Source: Eledone cirrhosa (lineage: Eukaryota). From it: DNA of 64,000 nucleotides. This document shows positions 41,301 to 54,100 of the stretch, one piece after another (the stretch's first letter is position 1; the number at the start of each line of letters is the position of its first letter). The stretch covers positions 389,732,001-389,796,000 of the forward strand of contig OZ024741.1 of the NCBI GenBank assembly GCA_964016885.1, in the 5' to 3' direction. Position numbers and translations under genes: made by a program. The notes under the pieces are model-generated. The model ran no database searches. It had not been told where the DNA came from and saw only the letters and a program-made list of their open reading frames with translations.

Positions 41301-44300
41301 CACCACTTTACAGTGTGGACTCAGTGCTTTGTGTCGTGACACCTACACCACCACTTTACAGTGTGGACTGGGTGCTTTGTGTCGTGACACCTACACCACC
41401 ACTTTACAGTGTGGACTCGGTGCTTTGTGTCGTGACACCTACACCACCACTTTACAGTGTGGACTCGGTGCTTTGTGTCATGACACCTACACGACCACTT
41501 TACAGTGAGTATTGGGTGCTTTGTGTCGTGACACCTACACGACCACTTTACAGTGAGTACTGGGTGCTTTGTGTCGTGACACCTACACCACCACTTTACA
41601 GTGTGGACTCGGTGCTTTTAGTCGTGACACCTACACCACCACTTTACAGTGTGGACTGGGTGCTTTTAGTCGTGACACCTACACCACCACTTTACAGTGT
41701 GTGCTCGGTGCTTTGTGTCGTGACACCTACACCACCACTTTACAGTGTGGACTCGGTGCTTTGTGTCATGACACCTACACCACCACTTTACAGTGTGGAC
41801 TCGGTGCTTTGTGTCGTGACACCTACACCACCACTTTACAGTGTGGGCTGGGTGCTTTTTGTTGTGACACCTACACCACCACTTTACAGTGTGGACTGGG
41901 TGATTTGTGTCGTGACACCTACACCACCACTTTACAGTGTGGACTCGGTGCTTTGTGTCGTGACACCTACACCACCACTTTACAGTGTGGGCTCGGTGCT
42001 TTGTGTCGTGACACCTACACCACCACTTTACAGTTTGGACTCGGTGCTTTGTGTCGTGACACCTACACCACCACTTTACAGTGTGGGCTCGGTGCTTTTA
42101 CTCGTGACACCTACACGACCACTTTACAGTGTGGACTGGGTGCTTTGTGTCGTGACACCTACACCACCACTTTACAGTGTGGACTGGGTGCTCTGTGTCG
42201 TGACACCTACACCACCACTTTACAGTGTGGACTCGGTGCTTTTAGTCGTGACACCTACACCACCACTTTACAGTGTGGACTCGGTGCTTTGTGGCGTGAC
42301 ACCTACACCACCACTTTACAGTGTGGATTGGGTGCTTTTAGTCGTGACACCTACACCACCACTTTACAGTGTGGGCTCGGTGCTTTGTGTCGTGACACCT
42401 ACACCACCACTTTACAGTGTGGGCTCGCTGCTTTGTGTCGTGACACCTACACCACCACTTTACAGTGTGGACTCGGTGCTTTGTGTCGTGTCACCTACAC
42501 CACCACTTTACAGTGTGGACTCGGTGCTTTGTGTCGTGACACCTACACCACCACTTTACAGTGTGGACTCGGTGCTTTGTGTCGTGACACCTACACCACC
42601 ACTTTACAGTGTGGACTCGGTGCTTTTAGTCGTGACACCTACACCACCACTTTACAGTGTGGATTCGGTGCTTTGTGTCGTGACACCTACACCACCACGT
42701 TACAGTGTGGACTGGGTGCTTTTAGTCGTGACACCTACACCACCACTTTACAGTTTGGACTCGGTGCTTTGTGTCGTGACACCTACACCACCACTTTATA
42801 GTGTGGACTCGGTGCTTTGTGTCGTGACACCTACACTACCACTTTACAGTGTGGACTGGGTGCTTTTAGTTGTGACACCTACACCACCACTTTACAGTGT
42901 GGACTCGGTGCTTTGTGTCGTGACACCTACACCACCACTTTACAGTGTGGGCTGGGTGCTTTGTGTCGTGACACCTACACCACCACTTTACAGTGTGGAC
43001 TGGGTGCTTTGTGTCGTGACACCTACACCACTACTTTACAGTGTGGGCTGGGTGCTTTGTGTTGTGACACCTACACCACCACTTTACAGTGTGGGCTCGG
43101 TGCTTTGTGTCGTGACACCTACACCACCACTTTACAGTGTGGGCTCGGTGCTTTTACTCGTGACACCTACACGACCATTTTACAGTGTGGACTGGGTGCT
43201 TTGTGTCATGACACCTACACCACCACTTTACAGTGTGGACTGGGTGCTTTGTGTCGTGACACCTACACCACCACTTTACAGTGTGGACTCGGTGCTTTGT
43301 GTCGTGACACCTACACCACCACTTTACAGTGTGGACTGAGTGCTTTTAGTCGTGACACCTACACCACCACTTTACAGTGTGGACTCGGTGCTTTGTGTCG
43401 TGACACCTACACCACTACTTTACAGTGTGGGCTGGGTGCTTTATGTCGTGACACCTACACCACCACTTTACAGTGTGGACTCGGTGCTTTGTGTCGTGAC
43501 ACCTACACCACCACTTTACAGTGTGGACTGGGTGCTTTGTGTCGTGACACCTACACCACCACTTTACAGTGTGGACTGGGTGCTTTGTGTCGTGACACCT
43601 ACACGACCACTTTACAGTGTGGACTCAGTGCTTTGTGTCGTGACACCTACACCACCACTTTACAGTGTGGACTCAGTGCTTTGTGTCGTGACACCTACAC
43701 CACCACTTTACAGTGTGGACTGGGTGCTTTGTGTCGTGACACCTACACCACCACTTTACAGTGTGGACTCGGTGCTTTGTGTCGTGACACCTACACCACC
43801 ACTTTACAGTGTGGACTCGGTGCTTTGTGTCGTGACACCTACACGACCACTTTACAGTGAGTATTGGGTGCTTTGTGTCGTGACACCTACACGACCACTT
43901 TACAGTGAGTACTGGGTGCTTTGTGTCGTGACACCTACACCACCACTTTACAGTGTGGACTCGGTGCTTTGTGTCGTGACACCTACACCACCACTTTACA
44001 GTGTGGACTGGGTGCTTTGTGTCGTGACACCTACACCACCACTTTACAGTGTGGACTCGGTGCTTTGTGTCGTGACACCTACACCACCACTTTACAGTGT
44101 GGACTGGGTGCTTTGTGTCGTGACACCTACACCACCACTTTACAGTGTGGACTCGGTGCTTTGTGTCGTGACACCTACACCACCACTTTACAGTGTGGAC
44201 TCGGTGCTTTGTGTCGTGACACCTACACCACCACTTTACAGTGTGGACTCGGTGCTTTGTGTCGTGACACCTACACCACCACTTTACAGTGTGGACTCGG

Positions 44301-45222
44301 TGCTTTGTGTCGTGACACCTACACCACCACTTTACAGTGTGGACTGGGTGCTTTGTGTCGTGACACCTACACCACCACTTTACAGTGTTGTCTCGGTGCT
44401 TTGTGTCGTGACACCTACACCACCACTTTACAGTGTGGACTCGGTGCTTTGTGTCGTGACACCTACACCACCACTTTACAGTGTGGACTGGGTGCTTTGT
44501 GTCGTGACACCTACACCACCACTTTACAGTGTGGACTCGGTGCTTTGTGTCGTGACACCTACACCACCACTTTACAGTGTGGACTCGGTGCTTTGTGTCG
44601 TGACACCTACACCACCACTTTACAGTGTGGACTGGGTGCTTTTAGTCGTGACACCTACACCACCACTTTACATTGTGGACTGGGTGCTTTGTGTCGTGAC
44701 ACCTACACCACCACTTTACAGTGTGGACTCGGTGCTTTTAGTCGTGACACCTACACGACCACTTTACAGTGTGGAATCGGTGCTTTGTGTCGTGACACCT
44801 ACACCACCACTTTACAGTGTGGACTCGGTGCTTTGTGTCGTGACACCTACACCACCACTTTACAGTGTGGACTGGGTGCTTTTAGTCGTGACACCTACAC
44901 GACCACTTTACAGTGTGGACTCGGTGCTTTGTGTCGTGACACCTACACCACCACTTTACAGTGTGGAGTGGGTGCTTTTAGTCGTGACACCTACACGACC
45001 ACTTTACAGTGTGTGTTGGGTGCTTTTAGTCGTGACACCTACATGACCACTTTACTGTGTGGGCTGAGATGGGAGAGGTAGATCTAAGGGTGGGGTGTTG
45101 GGACGTGGGTGGGGAAAGCAGAGGAAAGTGGTGCATACTAAATGTATATTTCAACTTGTGCATATGGGGAGATGGGTCTTCTGTATTACTGTAAAACATC
45201 AGAGATCTCGATCCTGTGTCAC
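20315..45222 (-). mobile_element. 5'-truncated RTE LINE hosting the satellite
   Basis: Left: (CAT)n tail plus terminal 3' UTR (GCTAGCATGGGTTAGACG, TGCCCTTCCTAA) at 20315-20471. Right: G-rich UTR and ORF-end remnant (minus strand QDRDL*CFTVIQKTH) at 45067-45222. Both are collinear with the copy at 8453-8830. Confidence 0.85.
20472..45066. repeat. 48-bp satellite, 512 monomers, with higher-order structure
   Basis: Consensus TTTACAGTGTGGACTCGGTGCTTTGTGTCGTGACACCTACACCACCAC. The span 20472 to 45051 equals 512x48+3, explained by indels near 24762 (-1), 31333 (+2) and 37671 (+2). Confidence 0.98.
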
Positions 45223-45659
45223 CATTTACTATTCAGAAGCGCCTATATGGAGGTGTTGTACAACTCTTTAAGTTGCTGTGAGGATGAGCATGATTGAGTA
45301 GTGTTAGCAGTACTTATTTATTTAATCAATTTAGAGCAAATAAGCCATGACAGACTAGGGGAAGTATCTAGGACTTCTTACACTTGAGAAACAAAAAAAA
45401 AAGAAATACAGAGTTAGGTGAATATAAAAATACAAAAAAAATGTAAAAATTAAATAAGTAGGCAAAATAAGCATATAAGATATAAAGACAAAATGGGAAG
45501 CACGATAAGTTGTAAAGCAGCTAGGAGGTTCTGTTGTTAAATCTTTTCATAACCTCCATGTACTCAAAGATTTTTATAGATCTTTTACAGTATGAAGGAA
45601 GGTGTTGGAGAAATTGATGCAAGAAACATTATTACAGAGGATCACAGGAGCAAGTAGTG

Positions 45660-46154
45660 CAGGGGTCGGCAACCTACGGCCCGCAAAAACTAATGCCCAA
45701 TGAGTTGTTTATTTAAAATTTAAATTTATTGTAATATGAGAGATGAGACTTTCGAATACAATAAAAGGCCTGCTGTTACAACTTCGGCATTTATTGTGGA
45801 TATTGTGACTCATTTAAATAACTTAAATTTACAACTTCAAGGTAAAACTCAGCTCGTAAATGAAATGTATAACCATATTGTTGCCTTTGAAAAAAAGCTA
45901 CAGTTGTGGGAACATCAATTTCGAAATAAAAATTACGTGCATTTTCCTTCATTTCAAGGAAGGAAACAACAAGCTTCAGAGGTATTTGTGAAAATAGTCC
46001 AGGCTTTGATAAATGAATAGTATAGTCAACACTCCTGATTAAATTTTAGCTTGTGTAATTTTCCATAATTATTCTTTTATGGCCTTCGTCCGGCCCACTA
46101 TCCATCATTAATACTCAATCCGGACCGTGGAGGCAAAGAAGTTGCCAACCTCTG
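45660..46154 (+). mobile_element. Non-autonomous hAT (Charlie/SPIN-like) element with transposase remnant
   Basis: TIR CAGGGGTCGGCAAC / GTTGCCAACCTCTG; 8-bp TSD AAGTAGTG (45652-45659, 46155-46162); translation AFIVDIVTHLNNLNLQLQGK...FEKKLQLW...HFPS. Confidence 0.92.
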
Positions 46155-46354
46155 AAGTAGTGGTTCTCCAGGTGATGAAGAAATTGGTGATGCTGGCCCA
46201 TCATGATTAGCAAATGTACTTTAAAGTGGGTATTTATCAGTTATTTGTTCAAATTATGCTAATTGAACCTTTTCATATTCAGATTTAATCTGGCTTGGTT
46301 TCTATGGCTGGATGCCCTACCTAATGTCAACCACATTTACATTACATAATAAAA

Positions 46355-46610
46355 TACTCAGTACATGCTTTAAAGTAGTTGGTGTTAGGAAGGGCATCCA
46401 GCCTTAGAAAGCTTGTGAAACAAGGGGTTGGGAGGACCCTTCAGTTTGTGTCAAAAGACACAACTTTTCTGTACTCTATAGAATATATAGCCATATATAA
46501 GCAGAGCCCTTGGCCTGTCTAGGTCAGTAGCCTTGCTTCAGTACTGACTTGGTCTATGTAAATCCATCAAACCCTCGCTAGCAGAGAAAGCAGACATTAA
46601 TGATGATGTG
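46355..46610 (+). mobile_element. RTE-tail-bearing repeat (homologue of 3729-4000)
   Basis: TTAGGAAGGGCATCCAGC motif, shared internal sequence, (GAT)n end. Confidence 0.65.
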
Positions 46611-46634
46611 TTTTTGCCAGCATAAATTAGATCA

Positions 46635-46912
46635 CACATCATCAGCTCCAGTTGTGATGGAAAGCCAGCTGCGTCCAGGCACCTTCTCAATATGTCATTG
46701 AGAGCAGCATGTCGGAGGAACCAGCCTGTGCTCTGGCAGCAAGACAATGGGTGCAGGCCAAACTTGTCAATGACCGCCCCACAACGGCATTTATGTGGCT
46801 CACACACAGGCCGAGGCATTGGGCTACTCCAATGCAAGTGCACTCGTCATCAAGGAAGGTACTGGTTAATGAGGAGGGCACCGAATTGAGCCACGCGCCA
46901 CTGTTTAGCTGA
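46635..46912 (-). mobile_element. CRE-clade non-LTR retrotransposon fragment
   Basis: SGAWLNSVPSS...VCEPHKCRCGAVIDKFGLHPLSC...RHAALNDILRR..GFPSQLE: CCHC zinc knuckle preceding an RLE domain. Confidence 0.75.
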
Positions 46913-47831
46913 GAAGTGGAGGCAGGCAAGGCTTTGGAGACAAAGTTGCTACATTAAAGAAAACAGTCATTTTATCTTTAGATGTAGAATGAATAAGGTT
47001 CTTTTTTATCCCTTTTGTTACCATATTTTTAATGAAAAACACTGCAAATGGTGTACAAATAATTTTGAAAATAATCAAGAATTTGGAGGTATTTAGTGAT
47101 ACGACTAACTTTCTCATTATCAAGCTGGTGTTTGGAACATGACTTAACAAAAGTTCAGGTGAGGCTTCTGGCTGTTATTGATACCATGTACAATCTGCTT
47201 CATGGACAAGTGGTCGGCAACTAAACCAGCTCCCCTACCAGTCCCTGGTAGGTCTGAATACAGCAGATTTCTTTCAGAGAAGGATGTAGAGTGAGAGTAT
47301 GGAAGTGAGAAAGAGATATAGAGGAAGAATTGACCCCAGTACTAAACTGGTACATTTTTTATCAACTTTGAGTGGATGAAAGGCAGAGTTGACCTGAAGG
47401 TATTGTATATTACATGTTAAATGTAAATAGATTTCAGGTCCTACTTTAAAGAATGAAGAGCATCCTAGTGAATTACTAATAAACAGGAAACTTACAAGGA
47501 AAAGAAAAAATTGGAATGCAAGATTATGAGATGTAAAATTGAAAAAACTTTTGCTGGCAGTCATAAGCTATTCTGAAAACTGTAGTATATATGTGTTTGT
47601 AGCTTGCTAAAAGATCTTTCTGAATTAATGCTATTGTAGCTGGAAATGTTGATAATATTCTCAATCAATAGGTTGCACTGCTTGCATGGATTCCCTTGAC
47701 TCTTTGTCGCCATCCAATTCTATTGTTCATCATATTTAGCTGGTCAGAGGGATTGCAGTTTATGTCATTACAAATCTGCTTGATTTAGGTCTTGGCTTGT
47801 CATTCTCTGATAGCTCTTCCTTGTGTAGGCA

Positions 47832-48122
47832 CCCACATTTTTTCACACTCAGAGCTGCTGAAGCATGGAACAAACTACCTGCATCAGTTGTTAGTTGTCG
47901 AGACACTGCATCCTTTAAAACCTCCATGTTTCCTGAGATTCGCCAACACTATACCTGATATCCCCTCTCCATACACACACACACACATGTATTTCATGAC
48001 TCATACACTGTTCATTTTCCTGACATTTGTACATTATTCTATGTACTATACATGCACCTTTGATGAGTTGTAGTGCACCTGAGCACTGTACACAATAATT
48101 TCATTATTATTACTATTATTAT
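47832..48122 (+). mobile_element. CR1-group LINE 3' end
   Basis: HFFTLRAAEAWNKLPASVV..SFK, then 3' UTR and (ATT)n tail. Confidence 0.75.
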
Positions 48123-48817
48123 AAAAGAACTTCACTAACAATTTCATGTACAGCAAGAATAACAATCAATATAGAGAAATGTTTATTCTTAGACAATAAG
48201 GAATACCCAGCATCATGTGCATACTATGCTTTTAACAAAGTACTTGAAATTTTAAACTTAGCTCACAGAACATGCAAAGCTACTTTTGTGGATCTGAAGT
48301 TGAGAACAGTTGTCCTAGATTACCAATAAATTCTCCCTAAGTGTTTTAATATCTATGTTTATAATTACCCTAATTACTTCTGATCATTCTCCCGTGGTGA
48401 TCTTGACTAGCCACCAACGTTTAGAGGAATGTATTAACTACACCAACCATACACATTTCCCAACCTTTCTACTCCAACAGTGTGTTTGTGTGTGTGTACA
48501 TGCATGTGCAGTCTTGGCTGAGTTGTTTGCATGACATCTTGGCAAGTGTCTCCTATTCTAGCCTTGAGTTGACCAACATCTTGTGAGTGAAATTTGGTAG
48601 AATGAAATAGTGCGTGTGTGTGTGTTGATGTCTGTGTTAACTGTTAGTTTATACATAAGCAGTATATTAAGCTGTATCCAGTTTCTATATAGTTCTTTAG
48701 TTGTGATCTTTTTCTACATAATAGTATATTCTGTGCAAATTATATTTTGATAAAAAAATATAAATAAATATTTTTATCTAAATAAATTTTTCTATTAATT
48801 TCAGGTATTCAATTACC

Positions 48818-48963
48818 ATGGAAGGTGTACAAAGACAAAAAGGAGCTTATGATTTTGAAAGCCATTATAACAATGCATGCTCTATCAACAGCACTTATCC
48901 ACTTTCTGCAGTAAAGGCACATCTTTCTCAAGGAATTCTAGACCTCAATGCTGATAGGATAAA
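48818..48963 (+). CDS. CEP78: Centrosomal protein 78, first coding exon (exon starts at 48805 after a TTTCAG acceptor)
   Basis: MEGVQRQKGAYDFESHYNNACSINSTYPLSAVKAHLSQGILDLNADRI resembles the vertebrate CEP78 N-terminus as I recall it ([37 protein letters not shown]). Kozak-like ACCATGG; GTAAGC donor, phase 2. Confidence 0.9.
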
Positions 48964-49155
48964 GTAAGCTTTTTTATTTCTCTTAACATTACTGATATTT
49001 TTGTATTTAAAATCTTGTTTAACCCTTTAATGACCATATTTCTAATGTAATATACTCTAGTGGGTTGACTTTTTTCCCAGTTGAAATAAATAATTTGAAA
49101 ATATAAAAAAAAAAGCACCTAACTAATTTGCATTTCTTTTTCTCTGTTTTCTTAG

Positions 49156-49262
49156 GATAGATGATTGGAAACCTTTGCTGAGTACTCTAAGAATAAATAA
49201 AAGCTTAGAATTCATTGTATTTACCAGCAGTTACATTCCACCTTCAGCTGATAAGAAAAATA
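49156..49262 (+). CDS. CEP78: CEP78 second coding exon
   Basis: Polypyrimidine tract plus TTAG acceptor; frame-compatible (K)IDDWKPLLSTLRINKSLEFIVFTSSYIPPSADKKN versus CEP78 DWAPLLSTLKINK; GTGAGT donor. I found no further exon in the window. Confidence 0.9.
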
Positions 49263-49899
49263 GTGAGTAAATATTGATTTTTATGGATTTATTACCAGAG
49301 GTTCTTAAGCTACTTCTGGCTACCACAACTTCTTGGTTCTATGAACTTCCTGCTCTCTTTTTACTCTACTAAAAACTTTATTTAGAATAACAATTGCTGG
49401 TGTGTTGGATTAATAATTGTTTCTATTTTAGAGGCAGCCTTTACTCACCTTGTAGCTACATCACTGGGTTGTGAGAGATCTCTTGAGAGCTACAGGTGTC
49501 ACCCATTGTTCCGTCTCTTCTAGTAGTTTACCACTGTTGGTCCGGGGTTGCTTATTCATCTGGCAGGAGCCTACTTATATTGCAACTAACCATCACATCT
49601 AGTGGCTGTATCACTATCCTGTGACCCGTTCTCTTCCTCTGGCACTTCTACAGTGTTTTCAAGTGGCTACATCAATGTTGTTTCTTCAAGGTGCTTAATG
49701 GAAATTGATGTGAATTTGGGAGTTTTGATTTTCATGGCTTTATCAGAAGTAGTAGTGATATTATCTTAAGATATGTTGATCATACCAATCCACATTTTCA
49801 GTTGCCCATTTTGCCATTCATGCCATCCTGAGAGAAGCTCTGGTGTGACAGCAGAGTGCATAACCAAACCAATGGAAATGCTTTTTTGGAATAAGGGTT

Positions 49900-50580
49900 G
49901 TAGTTCAGAGATTAGAGAGTTGCTCTAGGTAGAGCCACTACTTCTCTTAAATGGGGGATCACAGCTCCAATATTAAGGGTATGTGGTTAGAATGTCTCAG
50001 GAAAGAATTGCTGGATAGATTTTATGGGCAAAACCAAACAATGGTAGACCTAGAAGTAGACCCTGAGCAGGATGGTTGGATAACATCCATGAGCTCGGCT
50101 GGTCTCACTTGGGGATTCAGCCGGATCAATTGGAGACAGTTGCTTCTGACAGGACCTGCTGGGAGGAGTGTTTGAGAACCTTTTTCCCCTGACCCTGTCA
50201 GGAATAAGTGGGTGAAGAAGGAGGTGGGTTGTTGGATGGAATTGTCCTGGTAATGACGATGAATTTCAGAGTTTGACAAAAATACATTGCACAAACATGG
50301 AAAACAGTGAAGGCGAAAGTGATCAAAAACTTGAAGCTTGCATAAATTTGTCCCTCTCATTTGCCACATCCTACAGTCATATGGGATGATGATTCAAACA
50401 AGTGCTTGATAGATGATGGTAATGAGGGTGTGGTGCTGAAATACTTGAAAAGCTCACAACATAAAGAGCCAGTATCAATATGGCAAGGTATTTTATCCAA
50501 TACTTTAATGATTCTGTCAATCCATAGTGCACAGGGTGCAGCTGAAACACTGCTCATACTGTGATGAAGTGTTGATCACT
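49900..50580 (+). mobile_element. Heavily decayed LINE-like fragment (possibly L1/Tx1 C-terminus)
   Basis: Broken coding-like sequence ending in a possible zinc-knuckle remnant (CAQG..ET..HTVMKC across frames). Confidence 0.3.
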
Positions 50581-50861
50581 CCACCTCTCCTTTTCTTTAT
50601 TTGCTTAATTCATTTTTATTATTTTTATTCTTTTCATTTTCTTATTTCGTTTCGATTTATAATGTATTTTGCTTTTGTAGAAACAACTTTTTGAATTAAA
50701 ATAGTGTTAATCTAAAAAAAACAAAAAAACAAATTAAGCAAAAAAGTGGAAACACTTAATCTTATATATTAATAACAACTTTATACTTTTATACTGGCAG
50801 TTGTTCAGTTGATTACCTTCCCTCACCTCCTCCTACCGACTTGTTTGGTTGTTATATGAAA

Positions 50862-51185
50862 TCTATATATAATATCTCGCTCATATAGGACTATCGCTGA
50901 TAGTCCTATATGAGCGAGATACGGTCACCTGACCAATCTTGCCTCCAATGAGACAATTCCCATCTAACCCATGCTAGCGTGGAAGATAGACGTTAAACGA
51001 TGATGATGAAGAATATAAAAGAGATATATTTGCTTGTTGGTTGGTGTCTTTGAAAACTGACAATCGAAAAGTAAGTCCAGCAATGGAATAAGGGTATACC
51101 CGGGAAGGTTTATAGATACTCATTGTATAAAATTAAAGAAGAAAAACATTTCAGGTATATTAACCAACCCGACTGCTATTTCTAG
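50862..51185 (+). mobile_element. Helitron-like 5' end interrupted by a short RTE 3' insertion (50873-51011)
   Basis: Removing the insert rebuilds TCTATATATAATATAAAAGAGA, identical to the minus-strand terminus at 57789-57810. The insert ends GACGTTAAAC(GAT)n. The 3' boundary is uncertain. Confidence 0.6.
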
Positions 51186-54100
51186 CAGGCTGGGAGACAA
51201 CCATAAGGGATTCTCTCTGCGCGTCCATCGTCAGCAATTCTCATGTTTTGCAGCCAGCATCTCCATTGAATCAAACGCTGTTTTACACACAAACACATTT
51301 ATATATAACTGACTGAGGTACCCGGCTTTGCCCGGGTGAACAGTTGATAAGAGAAGAGTCCTTTGTGCTCATTGTGTTTGCATCGCAACTCTCATTGCCT
51401 CTCGCTGATTTTCATATTCAGTCTCTGTTTATTGTGATCGTCTTTCTTCTTGCCTTAATATTTCTGTTTCCCGTCTCAGGTTCTGTTCACTTTCAGAAAG
51501 TTGTGATCATCTTTCTTGTTGTCTTATTCTTTCTGTTTTCCGTCTTATATTCTGCTGAATGTCACAATGTTAACTTGCCCTTTTATTCCAAAGTCTTTTT
51601 TTATATTGTTCGTGAGTTTCTCTTTCGCTCGAAAATTTCAACCGTTTGGCGGACATTGTCACCCACCACACACACTTCCATACAATAATTCGGCCAGGGA
51701 GAACCCAAGGTACTCCTTTATTGATGACCGAATTCCTAATAACACAATAGGAAGGTACTCGCTCCAACGTAGAGATTCTGGATAGGCGCGAAGAGCGGCC
51801 TTTAATTGATGGTGAAAACGTTCCACCATTCCGTTTGAAGCAGGATAAGATAAGATGTGGTCCGAATATGTTCAGCGCCAATAATTTTTGTCAGCTCTGA
51901 AAAAAGATGAGATTCAAATTGCCTACCACGATCTGTGGTAATTGTGGTTGGCACGCCATAGCGGGCAATCCACCCTGATACCAGGGCCCGCGCTATCATC
52001 TCGGCGGTAATGTCCTTTAAAGGGATGGCTTCAGGCCATCACAAAAAACGAGCAATGCAGGTCAAAAGGTAAGAATATCCACTACTGAATGGCCAAGGTC
52101 CAACGATATCGATGTGGATGTGTTGAAAACGAGCATCCGAAGTACTGAAAGTACCAAGTGGAGTCCGGACGTGTCTGTGGACTTTAGATTTTTGACACTG
52201 TATGCAGGAACGGCACCAGGCAGTAATTTCTCGCCTCATATTTGGCCAGAAAAATCTAGCCGTTATGAGCTTTACTGTGGCTGAAGATCCTGGGTGAGAA
52301 ATGCTGTGCAAAGCAAGGAACACAAGTCAACGGTGAGTCTCGGGAACATAAGGTCGTGGTGAATCTGTAGATACATTGCAGAGAAACTGCCTGTCGGTAG
52401 TCGACAAGGGCAGATATTTCAGGTTGCAAGTCGCAAATTCGGCTGATTCAGTATCCAACAATTCGAGTGCAGGTTGGTCTGCTGCCAAACGCCTTAAATC
52501 GATCTCCTGGGATGACGAAATCGAGCTGATTGGCAAGCGTGACAAGGCGTCTGCAGCTGTATTTAGTGAGCCAGCAATGTGCTGTATATCATTTGTAAAC
52601 TGCGAAATGTAATCAAGGTGCCTTGTCTCTCTGAGCGAATATTTGTCGGCTTTAGCCCTCAAAGCAAAGGTTTGTGGTCAGTGAAAACCGTAAAAGTTCT
52701 TCCCTCAAGAATATGAGAAAAATGTTTCAACAACAGATTTATGGCTAATAACTCCCGACCAAACGTGCTGTAACGAGTTTCTGCTGGTTTCAGCTTCCTG
52801 GAGAAAAATGCCAAAGGTTGTTGGTTTCCAGCGTTATACTGCTGTAAAACTGCTCCCACAGCGGTATCACATGCATCAACACATAGCGAAAGCTTGGCCT
52901 CTGGTACCGGGTGGGCTAGCAAAGATGAACTAGCGAGTGCTGTCTTGGCAGTCTGGAAATCTTGAAGCTGTCCTTGTGTCAAGGAAATATCCTCATTCTT
53001 CTTACGACGATTTTTCAAAATCTCGGTAAGGGAAACAGTAATTTTGCACATTGAGGAACGAAACGTCTATAAAAATTGAAGTGACGCAACTGGTGAAGTG
53101 TAGTAGGCGGAGGTAAATCCTGTGTAGCCTTAACTCGCTGTGGAAGGGGTCAAATACCCTCGGCGTCGATGATGTGACCTAAAAAATTCAGTGTAGCGGA
53201 TCCGAAAACACACTGCGGGATTCACTTGAACGCGGTAATCCTGGAGTCGGCGAAATAAAAGGTTCAGGTGACGCATATACTCTTCTGGAGAGGAACTACG
53301 ACGAGAAGATCATCTATATATGCATAAACGAAGTTCAGACCATGAGTGACCTCATCTATGAACCGCTGAAAAGTGCTAGCGGCATTCCTGAGTCCAAAAG
53401 CATGGTTAAAAATTCGAAGGATCCGAAAGGAGTCGTAATAGCTGTTTTCGGAATATCTTCCTTCCTGACCGGAATTTGGTGTAAGCTCGCACTAAATCGA
53501 GTTTGGAGAAAATCTTACAACCCTGCAACAAAGATGCGAAATCCTGGAGATGGGGAATTGGATATCTATTCGGGACGGTCATCGCGTTTAACCTCCTATA
53601 ATCCCCAGTGGGTCTCCAGTTGCCAGAAGTCTTGGGCACCATATGTAACGGTGAAGCCCAAGGACTCGTAGATGGGCGAATAATGTCCAACTGCAGCATA
53701 TGGTCGAACTCCAACCGTGCTGCTTTTAACTTGTCCGCTGGTAAACGATGTGGACGTGAAAATACTGGAGCACTGGTTGTGGAAATAAAATGTTCAGTTG
53801 AGTGAGTTGGCTCAGTAACTCGAAATATCCATCGATGAGCTCCGGGAACGATCCTAACAATGAATAGTAGGCGTCCCCAGCGGCAGCGATGAAGAATATT
53901 GGGCTGATCGTTGGAGCATTGGCTTTTCGGCCACGAATTGAGAAACCAGTGATGTCATCCACCAGACGTTGACCTCGGACATCCACAGTCAAGGAGAAAT
54001 TGTGGAGGAAATCCGCTCCTAAGATTGGGTATGGCAAGTCAGCGACCGTAAAAATCCATTTAAAATCTCTACAAAGATTTTGGAATTTGAGGGAAAGCGA

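Noticed and set aside
20472-45066. CRISPR-like array
   Set aside because: No unique spacers, no cas genes, eukaryotic context.
20472-45066. RSS heptamer-like TACAGTG in each monomer, and the monomer count of 512 (2^9)
   Set aside because: The critical CAC is absent and there is no properly oriented nonamer. The irregular higher-order periods exclude simple serial doubling, so the count is coincidence.
20402-45081. Giant ORFs (up to 2286 aa) of VVTPTPPLYSVDSVLC or CRDTYTTTLQCGLGAL repeats as a structural or mucin-like protein
   Set aside because: 48 is divisible by 3 and two + frames happen to lack stops. Stops and frameshifts occur in both frames, most starts are non-ATG, and the unit derives from the antisense strand of a LINE UTR.
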